Below, piece by piece: positions 10,037 to 20,281 of a stretch of DNA of 64,000 bases (position 1 is the stretch's first letter; every line of letters starts with the position of its first letter). The position numbers were made by a program, and so were the translations under genes. The notes under the pieces were generated by a model, which ran no database searches, had not been told where the DNA came from, and saw nothing but the letters and a program-made list of their open reading frames with translations. The stretch spans positions 12,897 to 76,896 of the forward strand of contig JBDGRK010000022.1 of assembly GCA_042218075.1 (NCBI GenBank), read 5' to 3'. This DNA comes from Candidatus Nanohaloarchaea archaeon (lineage in GTDB: Archaea; Nanohalarchaeota; Nanosalinia; Nanosalinales; Nanosalinaceae).

Positions 10037-10067
10037 GAGGTCAATTCAACTGAGGAATCAGTTTAAT

Positions 10068-11243
10068 ATGTCTAAGGCCGAAAATATAATACCAACACTT
10101 GAAGAAACAGTTGAAAAAGAAGAATATGACAGAGCTTCAAGATTTCTTGCTCAGATCTCCAGAAATATTGATTCATACGATTTCAGTGAACTCGAATATA
10201 GAAGGATAGAAAACTGTGCAGAGGAACTATCTGAGAGAGTTATCGAAGACGCTAAAGTAATGCTTGAGAAAGAGAAAAACCTATATGGAAATAAGGCATT
10301 CTGCCTCCAGGTCGAGGATACAGTTACCGATCTGGAAATCTCGGAAGAATTTCTGGATCAGGAGGCGATTGAAGATCTGAGGAAACTGAAGGAATCTGCT
10401 TATGAAAAGGCTGCAGATTACAATCTTGAAGAGGCTGTAGAAACATTCGAGAGAGGCCTAAAGAATCCTTCTAATGCATCCTGCTTCACTGGCAGCTGGG
10501 ACCTTCTTAAGAATGCGGAAGATTACGCTGAACTAATAGATAGAGATTACAGCCGTAGAATAGAGCAGATTAAAGAAGAAGTTAGTGAGAACGCTCCAGA
10601 GTTTATTTACAGACATATGCTACGTAATTTAAATGCAAGAGTTTTCGAGAGCGAGGATTTCGGAGTTGAAAGCTCCCAACTAGATACCAGCCGACTGATG
10701 CTGGCTGAAAGCTATGTAGAGGATCTTGAGGAAATGCTGGAATACCGGGGAGATGATAATCTTGAATCTATAGAAGGTTTTCAGATTTCAGAAGTTTCAG
10801 ATGAAGCCGGGCAAGTTTTCTGGAACCTTGTGAGTCTAGTCGAAGAAAGACCCTTTGAAACTGAGGAAGCACTAAAATATCTGAAAAAATTCGGAGAAAA
10901 AACAGGTTTTTACAATTCAGGTACCGAGGACGCTCTTGAAAGAGCTGAAAAGATTCAGAACCTACATAATGCAGTTAATATGGCCGAAGAAGAAATAGAA
11001 CAGATTTTTAGAAAGCTTGATATTAAAGAAAAATACGAACCGGGAGATGACATAGGTTTACCTGAAGCTTTAATGCTTCCTTCAGAATTGACTCTAAATA
11101 ATTCCTTGGAGTGGGCGGAAGATCTAATTTTAGAGGCTGAAGAAGAGATTTCAGAGGAAAATAGAAGTGAAAAAGAAGATGAATACAGAGATAGAATAAT
11201 TGAAATTAGAGATAAATTATCAAGTCTGGAAAGATTGATTTGA
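10068..11243 (+). CDS. Acidic alpha-helical hypothetical protein
   Basis: Long ORF, very Glu-rich, visibly AT-richer than neighbours. Confidence 0.7.
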   Translation: MSKAENIIPTLEETVEKEEYDRASRFLAQISRNIDSYDFSELEYRRIENCAEELSERVIEDAKVMLEKEKNLYGNKAFCLQVEDTVTDLEISEEFLDQEAIEDLRKLKESAYEKAADYNLEEAVETFERGLKNPSNASCFTGSWDLLKNAEDYAELIDRDYSRRIEQIKEEVSENAPEFIYRHMLRNLNARVFESEDFGVESSQLDTSRLMLAESYVEDLEEMLEYRGDDNLESIEGFQISEVSDEAGQVFWNLVSLVEERPFETEEALKYLKKFGEKTGFYNSGTEDALERAEKIQNLHNAVNMAEEEIEQIFRKLDIKEKYEPGDDIGLPEALMLPSELTLNNSLEWAEDLILEAEEEISEENRSEKEDEYRDRIIEIRDKLSSLERLI

Positions 11244-11277
11244 GAATTTTTGATCTACATAAATTGCATTTATTTTG

Positions 11278-12168
11278 CTAATCCAGAATTCTTTCAATAA
11301 ATTCTTCCATGTCAAACTCCTCTATATCCCCGTAATCCTGTCCTGTACCTAAGAAGGCGACAGGCTTTCCACTCTTCTCCGCAATCGAGATTATCGCCCC
11401 TCCCTCTTCATCGACATCCATCTTCGTGACTATTATGGCATCGAACATTCCCTCATAGGCTTCCGCCTGTTCTATAACGTCGTTACCCGAGAGAGCATCA
11501 ACAATCAGAAAAGTAATGTCAGGTTCATTAACCCTGATCATCTTCTCAAGTTCATTCATCAGGTTGTCGTCCGAATGAGATCTGCCTGCCGTATCAACGA
11601 TAGTCACCGCATCTTCATTACCAGCCTTCTCAACCGCATCATAAGCTACAGCCGCGGGATCAGACTCGTACTCGTGAGATATAACATCGACTCCCAGATT
11701 TTCCCCGTGCTTCTCCAGCTGTTCTATCGAAGCCGCTCTAAAGGTATCTCCAGCCCCGAGAACCACATCTCTACCTCCTTCCTCCATCATTTTTGAAAGC
11801 TTGGAAGCTGTTGTAGTCTTTCCAGACCCGTTGAACCCTACAAGGAAAACCACCGGCGGATCTCCGGCATCCTCCAGCTCTTTCTCAAGTTCAAAATCAT
11901 CGTCAAGAACCTCCAGGAGCACTTCTCTAACAGCTTCATCCACTTTCTCTCCAACCTTCATTCTGCCGGCTTTCTCTCCCACGAGATCCTCTTTCAAGCG
12001 CTCCTCCATCCGGTCAACCACTTCTAGAGAGACATTGCTCTGGAGAAGCTCAAGCCTCATATCGTCCAGCAGAGGATCTATATCCTTCTCCTCGATCTCC
12101 TTCTCCGCGACTTTGGACTTCACGCTGTCGGAAAAATCCTTCACCGACTCTTTCACTCCTTCAAACAT
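11278..12168 (-). CDS. ftsY: SRP receptor FtsY
   Basis: GFNGSGKTTT, DTFRAASIEQL, DPAAVAYDA, DTAGR, TKMD. Confidence 0.95.
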   Translation of the reverse strand: MFEGVKESVKDFSDSVKSKVAEKEIEEKDIDPLLDDMRLELLQSNVSLEVVDRMEERLKEDLVGEKAGRMKVGEKVDEAVREVLLEVLDDDFELEKELEDAGDPPVVFLVGFNGSGKTTTASKLSKMMEEGGRDVVLGAGDTFRAASIEQLEKHGENLGVDVISHEYESDPAAVAYDAVEKAGNEDAVTIVDTAGRSHSDDNLMNELEKMIRVNEPDITFLIVDALSGNDVIEQAEAYEGMFDAIIVTKMDVDEEGGAIISIAEKSGKPVAFLGTGQDYGDIEEFDMEEFIERILD

Positions 12169-12208
12169 GGAAGAAACAATCCCGGAGAAGCTTTAACAAT
12201 ACAGCAGG

Positions 12209-14065
12209 TCAGGTATAATCTTCCAGCTCCTCGCCTAGAATCTCCGAAATCCTGGCGCCATCCGCTTCAATCCTCTGCTGGAGAACACCCATTAGAGGCC
12301 CCCTGGCTCGCTCGCCCTGCTCTTCTACCATCTCCTGTTTCTCATCCAGAACATTTCTGACCTCCTCTCTTATCTCATCATCGGACATCTTCCCCTCGAC
12401 AACTTCCTCAATCGCTTCCCCTGCGGATGAACCCTCAGCTATGCCAATGATGACCTCTTCAATATCTCCCTTTGAAATCTCACCGGACTCAAACGCCTCG
12501 AACAGCCTTCTGAAATCCTCTTCACCAACCCGAGAGACATCCACTCCCTCGGATTCAAGCCCTGAAACTGTGTTGGTCAGCACGTTCGCAACAACCCTTG
12601 AATCCGCAACCTGCTTAAGCTGCTCGAACAGCAGAAGTCTCTCGCTGTTGACAATCTGGGAGGCGAGTTCATCTCCGATTTCGTCTGAATACATCTGCTC
12701 TCTCTCCTCCAGCGTTGGAGGAATATTCTGATCTATCTCGCGAACCCTATCCTCTTTCACCCTGACAGGCGTGATATCGGTCTCGGGATACATTCTCGCC
12801 GCTCCTGGAAGAGGCCTTGAATAGCTCGTGTTGAAGTCCTGCTCCGCGTTCCTGGTCTCCTCCGGAACTTCTCCCCTGTAAAGCTTCTCCGCTCTATCCC
12901 TGACCTCCTTTCCAGCATTCCTCGCCTCTTCTGAATCGCCTGCAATTATCGCCAGAACATCTCCATCTTTCCTGTCAAAGATATCTGAAAGATTCTCAAA
13001 CTCTTCCTCCAGGCCGTATCCTTCAATATCTTCATCAGTGTGAATTATTCCTCTAGGGCCCTGGCTCTTGGCGTAGTCGACCAGTTCCTTTGCAATATAT
13101 CTTTCACCGGAGATCTCCCGCTTCATCTTTCCACTCATGCCCGGAAGTTTCAGGCAGTAAACCGCTCCATCGTTTTCCAGCACCGCGGACACTATATCGT
13201 TTTCAGTTCCCTCGAAAACGTGCGTTACATTATCGGCCTCGATCTCCGCATCAGGGAGTTCTTCACCCAGCCTGACAAGATTCTTCTGTCTCTCCACCTC
13301 AAGCCTGATCAGTTCATCAATGTTTCCAACGTCCTGGAAGCCCTTGATCTCAACTCTAGCGCCTTCCTTAATCGAAACGTTGACATCCTGTCTAATGGTT
13401 CCGAGACCCCGCCTTGCCTTTCCGGTGGACCGCAGAAGCATGCCTATCCTCTCGGCGACCTCTCTCGCGTGATCAGGATCCCTGATAGATGCATCGGTTC
13501 CAACCTCGATCAGAGGCACACCAAGCCTGTTCAGATCGTAAACCGCCCTCTCGGAGTCTCTTTCGTGGATACCTGCGGACTCCTCCTCTAGCTCTATATC
13601 CTCTATATCCACCTTACCAGAATCAGTTTCAAGCTGTCCATCAAGGCCGACCATCGCGGTCCTCTGGAAACCGGAAGTGTTCGAGCCGTCGATAACCATC
13701 TTCCTCATCACCTGTATCTCCTCAGGGATTTCAGCTCCAACCATCCTGGCAAATGTCAGAGCAATCTCCAGTGCCTCATCGTCCAGTTGATGAGGAGGCT
13801 CCTCATCCAGCTCCACCAGGCAGTTGTTTCTGGCGTAGTAATTGTATACGTATTTCCTCTGCTTCTGCTCTTCCTTCTCTGCGGCCTCGTCTTTCCCGCC
13901 TGACTCCCCCTCTACCGCGCTTAGAAATCGCTCTACTCTTGAATCCGGGGCCTCATCCTCCAGGTCGACAGGGCATTGGCAGAAAAGTTTTGTATCAGTA
14001 GCGAGCTGCTGGTGCAGCTCCAGACCACATTTGAATCCAAGTTCATCGTAATCAATCTTCGACAA
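12209..14065 (-). CDS. gatE: Glu-tRNA(Gln) amidotransferase subunit GatE
   Basis: GLELHQQL..KLFC, DGSNTSGFQRT, RRGLGTIRQDVNVS, RPLPGAARMYPETD. Confidence 0.96.
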   Translation of the reverse strand: MSKIDYDELGFKCGLELHQQLATDTKLFCQCPVDLEDEAPDSRVERFLSAVEGESGGKDEAAEKEEQKQRKYVYNYYARNNCLVELDEEPPHQLDDEALEIALTFARMVGAEIPEEIQVMRKMVIDGSNTSGFQRTAMVGLDGQLETDSGKVDIEDIELEEESAGIHERDSERAVYDLNRLGVPLIEVGTDASIRDPDHAREVAERIGMLLRSTGKARRGLGTIRQDVNVSIKEGARVEIKGFQDVGNIDELIRLEVERQKNLVRLGEELPDAEIEADNVTHVFEGTENDIVSAVLENDGAVYCLKLPGMSGKMKREISGERYIAKELVDYAKSQGPRGIIHTDEDIEGYGLEEEFENLSDIFDRKDGDVLAIIAGDSEEARNAGKEVRDRAEKLYRGEVPEETRNAEQDFNTSYSRPLPGAARMYPETDITPVRVKEDRVREIDQNIPPTLEEREQMYSDEIGDELASQIVNSERLLLFEQLKQVADSRVVANVLTNTVSGLESEGVDVSRVGEEDFRRLFEAFESGEISKGDIEEVIIGIAEGSSAGEAIEEVVEGKMSDDEIREEVRNVLDEKQEMVEEQGERARGPLMGVLQQRIEADGARISEILGEELEDYT

Positions 14066-14591
14066 CCTTCTTCACCTCCTGCTCCAGTTCTTCCATAGTG
14101 ATTCCATCGTTTGCAACTATTTTATCGCTTAAGGCCATCAACTTTCCGACCCCGTTCTCTATCTCCCTCAGGTCCCGCTCATGGAAACTCTGTCCTTTAA
14201 CATCTTCATCCCTCTGTCTTTCCTCGCGTCTCTCCCTTCTGGTTCCGCGGGAAGCCCAAACTGCCAGAACATCTATCTCCTCTGAGGTCTCCTGCTCGAA
14301 CCTCTGCTTTTCACTCCATCCCCTCATCCCGGTTATGACAACTTTTTCCTTCTCGTCCAGTATCTCTTCCAGGTAGGGCATCGATAGCTGTGCTATAGCA
14401 TCCGTGCCGTGTTCATCTCTCATAGAGTTCACGAAATCTCCCTCCTTGCCCGATGCTACACCCCTTTTGTCCATCTCGATTCTAACTACCTCTCCCATGT
14501 CAAGCACAGTGTATCCTTCCTCTTCGAGTATCTCCGCCACAGTAGTCTTCCCGGACAGAGGCATGCCAGTGACCGCTAGGATTTCAGGAAT
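14052..14591 (-). CDS. P-loop nucleotide kinase (dephospho-CoA/adenylate kinase-like), probable ATT start
   Basis: ILAVTGMPLSGKTT, MGEVVR, G.R...E, RDLREIENGVG; no ATG/GTG/TTG upstream of the first conserved strand. Confidence 0.8.
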   Translation of the reverse strand: MPEILAVTGMPLSGKTTVAEILEEEGYTVLDMGEVVRIEMDKRGVASGKEGDFVNSMRDEHGTDAIAQLSMPYLEEILDEKEKVVITGMRGWSEKQRFEQETSEEIDVLAVWASRGTRRERREERQRDEDVKGQSFHERDLREIENGVGKLMALSDKIVANDGITMEELEQEVKKVVED

Positions 14592-14860
14592 CCGAACACA
14601 CCTCCTTTTTTACCGTTCTCCATCTTTATCTTCCTCCTGATAACATTCTTGGCAACCTGGTACTTGGTGAAGTCGTCGATATCCCCTACATTAACTCCTG
14701 CCTCGTTTATGATTCTCTCTGGATTATCCAGCTCCACATCGTGGGAATAGCCCTCGCAGAGAGCGAACTCTTTCAGAATATTTTCCAGCCTGGAAAAATT
14801 GTCCGCCTCCAGGAATTTCTTCGCCTTCCTGTCGAACTCGTCAAGCTCCTTCTCACTCAT
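14576..14860 (-). CDS. Hypothetical protein
   Basis: 94-aa ORF overlapping both neighbours in the gatD-gatE operon. Confidence 0.65.
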   Translation of the reverse strand: MSEKELDEFDRKAKKFLEADNFSRLENILKEFALCEGYSHDVELDNPERIINEAGVNVGDIDDFTKYQVAKNVIRRKIKMENGKKGGVFGFLKS

Positions 14861-16157
14861 TATACAAGGACCTTCCGCTTATCTCTCCATTCACGTTTTT
14901 CCTGAAAAGCTGTTCCGCATCCTCAAGCGAATCCGCCTGTCCGAGGCTCCACATCAGCTTCACGTAGGTCAGCTCTGGATGCATATCCTCGGATCCTATC
15001 ACACCTCTTTCCTTCACCTTTCTCTGGTTCGCGTAAACATCCATGTCAACCCTGCCATTAATACAGTTGGAGGACATCACCACAACAGCATCCTCGGCCA
15101 GTTCTTCCAGTTTTTCTTGAATCTCAATGTGATTTTCGGTCTCTTCATCAAACGCGCTTATCGGCATATGGCCGAGTCCTGTCCCCTCTATCACAACTCC
15201 ATCGTAATCCTGTTCAATCAGGAACTCTATCTCCTCCGGATCGATGCCCGGCCTCACCTTCAAAAATCCAACATTTTCATTTAGATCGAAGCTTGGTTCG
15301 TAATCCTTTTCCTCTGATTGTTCATCGTATTTAATCTCACCTGTCTGGTAATCCACAGTCCCCACTTCGCCTGTGTTTATCGCTTCAAAAGCATCCCTCC
15401 TTGAGGTATGCATCTTCCTTGTCTTTGCACCGTCGAGTATAGCGCATTCATCGTCGCTCGAAGATCTGTGCATGCAGACTCCGATTCCCTGGAAGCCAGT
15501 CTCCGATAGAAACTTCGCCGCGCAGTAGACGTTCATTCTTGCGTCGCTGCTGGGCCTGTCGCTCGATCTCTGTGCACCTACCAGCAAAACACCTGTATCT
15601 ATACCCTTCAACATCAGGTTGAGGGCGGCAGCTGTATCGCTTAATGTATCGGTGCCGTGACCCACAATTATTCCATCATATTCGTGCCTGACCTCATCGA
15701 TCTTCCTCGCAATTCCCTGCCAGTGGGCCGGTTCCATGTCCTCCGACATTATCTCTCCGACGTAGACATCTGAGTGAATATTTACTTCTTCCGCGACCTC
15801 CGGGTACATGCTGACAGTCTCCTCCTGCTCGAAGGCAGCTTTTACCCCTCCCTTCTCGTAGTCAACCCTCGAACCGATTGTACCTCCAGTGTGGATTACC
15901 AGTATGTCGGCTTTGTCCTCATTATGCTGGATTCCTCCACTTTGCTCTTCTGAATCCTGCTTCTTCTTCTCGACCAGCTCGATGCTTTCCATTTCAACAC
16001 CGATATTGTACCCGTTTTCCAGCTTGAGCACTATTTTCCCCGGATCTCCGCTCTCCGGCTTCGGCATCAATCTTCCCTCTCTGCCATCAACCCTAACCCG
16101 GTCTCCAACTTCAATCCCCTTCTCATCCAGTTCTTCCAATAAATGCTCAGAATACAT
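14853..16157 (-). CDS. gatD: Glu-tRNA(Gln) amidotransferase subunit GatD
   Basis: LKLENGYNIG, TGGTI.SRVDY, HGTDT, GAQRSSDRPSSD, KMHTSRRDAF. Confidence 0.96.
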   Translation of the reverse strand: MYSEHLLEELDEKGIEVGDRVRVDGREGRLMPKPESGDPGKIVLKLENGYNIGVEMESIELVEKKKQDSEEQSGGIQHNEDKADILVIHTGGTIGSRVDYEKGGVKAAFEQEETVSMYPEVAEEVNIHSDVYVGEIMSEDMEPAHWQGIARKIDEVRHEYDGIIVGHGTDTLSDTAAALNLMLKGIDTGVLLVGAQRSSDRPSSDARMNVYCAAKFLSETGFQGIGVCMHRSSSDDECAILDGAKTRKMHTSRRDAFEAINTGEVGTVDYQTGEIKYDEQSEEKDYEPSFDLNENVGFLKVRPGIDPEEIEFLIEQDYDGVVIEGTGLGHMPISAFDEETENHIEIQEKLEELAEDAVVVMSSNCINGRVDMDVYANQRKVKERGVIGSEDMHPELTYVKLMWSLGQADSLEDAEQLFRKNVNGEISGRSLYNE

Positions 16158-16195
16158 ACCTCAGATCGGAACTTTAAAGCTTAATAATCAAATGG

Positions 16196-16915
16196 CTACC
16201 GGAAATTCCGGACGTCAACCTTAAGGAAATCTGCGCCAGTTGGAAGCCGGAAGAACACATCGTAGGTAAACCCGTAGTCGCTTTCTACCACCGCCTTCAC
16301 TTCGCCTGTTCCTATGTAGTCCCCGAACTCAGCTGTAGTATAACCCACACCTTCAGAAGAGTTGGGTTCGCTGTTCAGCTCAACTGTCAGGTTTGCACTC
16401 AGGTTCCTGCTCTCATCCTTGAACTGGTACATTGTGAGGAGCTCCGAGGTTGATATATTCGTGTAGTTGCCCGGGCCACCCAGATCTTTTATGCATGCCT
16501 TGATATGCTCATTCTCCATCATGTAGCAGTCTGTACTGTCTATAGTTGCGTTGGAAACTGTGACGTTCGAGCTCGAGCTAAGAATCACGTCACCGCTTAC
16601 AGAAGCTGTCTGTGGCGATATAACGTTGGCAGAGGTTTCAAGCTCATAGACGAGCGAGTCAGTGCTGTTATCAAAGTAAATCTCGCCCCTGTCAAAGCTG
16701 TGCGTCAACTGCCTGGTTGAACCCTCTCCCTCGGCAATCACTGACTCTACATCATTATCCAGCTCCTGCATGAACTGCTGGGCCTGGCGGACAGAAGCCG
16801 CGTCCTGCATATTTTCAATTACAGGAGTACCGGCAGTCAAAGCCACGGAAATAGCGGTCACAGTAACTCCCACGTAGATTGCGGCGGTCGCTACCTGTGA
16901 GATTCCCTTGCCCAT
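16196..16915 (-). CDS. Type IV pilin-like protein (class III signal peptide)
   Basis: MGKG/ISQVATAAIYVGVTV N-terminus; GEGSTR; many N-x-S/T sequons. Confidence 0.75.
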   Translation of the reverse strand: MGKGISQVATAAIYVGVTVTAISVALTAGTPVIENMQDAASVRQAQQFMQELDNDVESVIAEGEGSTRQLTHSFDRGEIYFDNSTDSLVYELETSANVISPQTASVSGDVILSSSSNVTVSNATIDSTDCYMMENEHIKACIKDLGGPGNYTNISTSELLTMYQFKDESRNLSANLTVELNSEPNSSEGVGYTTAEFGDYIGTGEVKAVVESDYGFTYDVFFRLPTGADFLKVDVRNFR

Positions 16916-16946
16916 GGAACAATTTACTCGGTAGCTGCCTTAAATG

Positions 16947-17492
16947 TTACCTGACCACGTAATCCTCCCAGTTCTGGTTGCTGTTGTTCAGTCTAGTGTA
17001 TGTGACCAGTGTCGGCCCGTCAGCCCCGAAGCTTTCGTTTATGTTTAGCTCTGAGACGGTAAGGTTGTACTCCCTGTACGAACTGGAAATGCTTATCTTC
17101 GTATTCTCCAGGGATGCCAGGGTCTTGGTGTGCTTCTCATCTCCCTCGAAAGTGAAATCAATAGAGTTAGGCCGGTAGTTGATGAAAAGCGCCTGACCCC
17201 TTTCAGGAAGTATAAGGGCCTGGAAACCGCTGTAATCAAGCCCCTTTCTCGCGGAAGTGGTGTTCACAAACCTGTTGTAGAGGTAGACACTGTGCTTGAT
17301 TTTCTCAGTCGAGTAGTTTTCCTTGATCTGGTTGTTGTAGACCTCCTGCTGGTTGGTGAGTATGTTCTGGTAGTAGTTTTTCACAGAGTTATCCTGGCTG
17401 TACTCCGGGCCCTGGAAGCTGAAGACGATCAGTAGAAGCAGGGAGCTGAATACTATAGCTCCGACCGAGAAAGACTGTCCTTTTATTGCCAT
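16947..17492 (-). CDS. Pilin-like protein (class III signal peptide)
   Basis: MAIKG/QSFSVGAIVFSSLLLL. Confidence 0.65.
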   Translation of the reverse strand: MAIKGQSFSVGAIVFSSLLLLIVFSFQGPEYSQDNSVKNYYQNILTNQQEVYNNQIKENYSTEKIKHSVYLYNRFVNTTSARKGLDYSGFQALILPERGQALFINYRPNSIDFTFEGDEKHTKTLASLENTKISISSSYREYNLTVSELNINESFGADGPTLVTYTRLNNSNQNWEDYVVR

Positions 17493-18073
17493 ATGCGGGC
17501 CTTCACCTCTCTGGTGTTGTTTCCGTCATCTGTAACGTAGTTAACAGTGAAAACTTCCTGGTTCTTCGTTGATATGGAGCCCCAGCCGGGATACTCCACC
17601 GCCTCCAGGTGTGCTTCCACCGTACCTGAAAAGTTTAGCGAACCTGAACCTGAAACCGACCTGTGCAGGTATCCGTTTTTGCTATAGCTGTCGATGATCG
17701 TGGAATTCTGGAAGTCCGCAGAGAATCCTGAGTTCGAGTCTATCCACAGCATTATATCCTTGTAACCGCCATTATCCAGCGAAAAGCTTTCATTTCCGTC
17801 GATATCGGAGCTGACAACTACAGAATTATTGACCTGGCGGACGGAGACGTTGTAGCCGGTACTCAGTCTGTCTTCGAGCTGTGTCTCTATCTCTGAGCTG
17901 TTATGGCTGAGATTGTCCCTCTGGTCTATCCTGTCCATCTTCTGCCTCAGATCTCCTGTCCTTATACCGGATTCGTTGTTCACCTGGGGGAAGACGAAAA
18001 GCACCACGCCCAGAACCAGTGAAGAAGCTATGATCGCCTCGAGAGTGTGTATGAATCCCTTACTTACTCCCAT
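17483..18073 (-). CDS. Pilin-like protein (class III signal peptide)
   Basis: MGVSKG/FIHTLEAIIASSLVL. Confidence 0.7.
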   Translation of the reverse strand: MGVSKGFIHTLEAIIASSLVLGVVLFVFPQVNNESGIRTGDLRQKMDRIDQRDNLSHNSSEIETQLEDRLSTGYNVSVRQVNNSVVVSSDIDGNESFSLDNGGYKDIMLWIDSNSGFSADFQNSTIIDSYSKNGYLHRSVSGSGSLNFSGTVEAHLEAVEYPGWGSISTKNQEVFTVNYVTDDGNNTREVKARIWQ

Positions 18074-19251
18074 ATGACCACCCTTCCCTCAACTTCCTCC
18101 AGCTCCCCATCATCTCTAAGCAGGTTGTGCGTGAAGGTCTCGACGGCGGTAGATTTGAGAGGTACGTTCTCTCCCACGGACAGAATCCTGTGGCTCCCGG
18201 TAGAGTTCTCAACGTTCATCGTGACGTTGAATCCGTAGCTGCCCGCATTCAACTTGTTCTCCAGCTCCGAGCCGGTCAGGTTTTCCATGTCTTCGGCCTC
18301 GCTCTCTGATGTGGCCTCGATCAGCCTCTCCATCTGGATGTATCGATCTCCATCTGCGTAATTCTCTATCCTTTTTTCCCCGAATGAGCTGTCTTTCTCG
18401 TGCAGCATAACCCTTGTCCTGTTGGATTCTACGTCGAGCTTCACCGTTTTATTGTCCGGGCGGGATACGTTGACAGTCATGTTTCCAGTGAAAGTTATTC
18501 CCAGGCTCGAGTTTGCAACTGTAAACCCCTGTGTTTCCCCCTGCTTTACAGTTCCATTCTGGTTCAGGTCTATCCTGTTGTCAGTGGCGTACCAGTAAAG
18601 CGTGGAGAAGTTTGCAGTCTTGAAGACCGGGTCGTCAGCCCTGAGGATGAACTCCCTCGACTCGTTGTAGACCGTGAGGTTTCCCCCGGTGGTCTCGTGG
18701 AACACTTTGGTCTGCCTGAAACTGGTTGAGCTTGAGAACTCCGCTTCCTCGTTCAGCAGCTCCTCACCATCTATCCTCATGGACGTGAGTCCCGGATTCT
18801 CAACCTTCAGTGAGATATTGCTGTTATTTATCCAGCTGTTGTTCGAGGACAGGTCGGTAGAAAGGTTAGAAGAAACGTTAAGGGATGAGTATGTAGCGTT
18901 GAAGCTGTTATTCCCGGTATCGAAGACGGTTGCAAACCTGTCATCCGAGAAGTTGAAGTGGGAGGGATTCGTGGCCGTGCCGTTTTTACTTGACAGGTTC
19001 CTGTAGTAGTATTCCCTGTCCAGAGGTATATTCGCGATGGATGAATTTGTCCTTGACACTACCTGAGTCCTGACAGCTGTACTGGTAACTTCATCAATAA
19101 CATTATCCTCGATCTCTGAAACTTTATCCTCGATGTCCTGCCTCTGGTCGAGGAAGTCTGAGCTATTAAGTACGATAATCGAGGATAGCATCGTGGTGAT
19201 GAATAGAGCGAATCCTATCGACCAGTCTATGTTTATTGCCTGTCCCTTCAT
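18064..19251 (-). CDS. Large pilin-like protein (class III signal peptide)
   Basis: MKG/QAINIDWSIGFALF; Asn/Ser/Thr-rich. Confidence 0.68.
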   Translation of the reverse strand: MKGQAINIDWSIGFALFITTMLSSIIVLNSSDFLDQRQDIEDKVSEIEDNVIDEVTSTAVRTQVVSRTNSSIANIPLDREYYYRNLSSKNGTATNPSHFNFSDDRFATVFDTGNNSFNATYSSLNVSSNLSTDLSSNNSWINNSNISLKVENPGLTSMRIDGEELLNEEAEFSSSTSFRQTKVFHETTGGNLTVYNESREFILRADDPVFKTANFSTLYWYATDNRIDLNQNGTVKQGETQGFTVANSSLGITFTGNMTVNVSRPDNKTVKLDVESNRTRVMLHEKDSSFGEKRIENYADGDRYIQMERLIEATSESEAEDMENLTGSELENKLNAGSYGFNVTMNVENSTGSHRILSVGENVPLKSTAVETFTHNLLRDDGELEEVEGRVVIWE

Positions 19252-20198
19252 CTCACTACCCTGATCTTGGCCTTATTGTCGCCAGTTTTCTCCACCTCGA
19301 AGTCGTACCTGCCCGGGAGAACGTCAACTTCCGAGCTCAGATTGTAATCCGGGTCATACCTTACTCTCACTGTCGCCTCATCGGGCATCAGGAATCCAAA
19401 GCTAGGCTCTATATTCGATACAAAATTATCATTTCTTATCGTTGTCTCCTGGTCATCGATCTCGAAGTAGTCTCCCTTAGTGAAAGGTAAAAGGAATGAT
19501 GCAGATTTCCGCTTTGTGCTCATCTGGAGAAGATTATTGTCGCTGATATTTCTGCCGGCACTCAGGAAGTCTTTCTTCACGATACCTGCTACGTATCCGT
19601 CTCCCTGTGCAACCAGGTAAGGATAACTGGATGAACTGAAGCTTTCGTTTCCGTAGACCCGCTCACCGGAGAAATACACCTCATCTGATGATGTGTGGTT
19701 GAACTCTAGCTGGAGTGAAACGTTTTCCGGTCTAGAAATACTTCCGCATACCAGCCTGTCGAAAACATTAGTATCCGCGGCATGAAGGTTTACTTTCGGA
19801 GAGGATTCATCCACGGGCGATACCGAGAAAAGGGCCGTCTCATTACTCTTGCATGCTCCTAGAGGCGACGTCAATCTAGTCTTCATCTTCCCTGTACATA
19901 CTTTCAGGTTGTAGGCACCGGTGAAGGAGAGGTGAGCCTTCCTGTTCCTTCCGGATATGTAGAAACCCACGTTCTTCGAGCATTCTCCGCTGGTAACCTC
20001 AACCGGGTCCTCCAGCCCTGATACACATACATTTTCGCTGTACTGGTTAAGGTCGCCAGGATGGCTGTACTCCTTCGAGGGATCCGAGAGCGATATTACA
20101 GGTTCAGCATCACCACAGCTCGAGTCAATATTAGAACTGATGTCGGCCTGTGCAAAAGGCACCATTAACAGAAGAGAGAGCAGGTAGAGCCTTTTCAT
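19248..20198 (-). CDS. Secreted Cys-containing surface protein
   Basis: Sec-type signal MKRLYLLSLLLMVPFAQA; repeated C..S..H...VC units; first gene of the pilin-like operon. Confidence 0.65.
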   Translation of the reverse strand: MKRLYLLSLLLMVPFAQADISSNIDSSCGDAEPVISLSDPSKEYSHPGDLNQYSENVCVSGLEDPVEVTSGECSKNVGFYISGRNRKAHLSFTGAYNLKVCTGKMKTRLTSPLGACKSNETALFSVSPVDESSPKVNLHAADTNVFDRLVCGSISRPENVSLQLEFNHTSSDEVYFSGERVYGNESFSSSSYPYLVAQGDGYVAGIVKKDFLSAGRNISDNNLLQMSTKRKSASFLLPFTKGDYFEIDDQETTIRNDNFVSNIEPSFGFLMPDEATVRVRYDPDYNLSSEVDVLPGRYDFEVEKTGDNKAKIRVVR

Positions 20199-20281
20199 CT
20201 CCTGTAAATTTTATGCTCTCTGCTGTTATTAAACCTGATCTAGGCCGGTAGTTTAAAATAGGTAGACGCCAATTAATTAGC

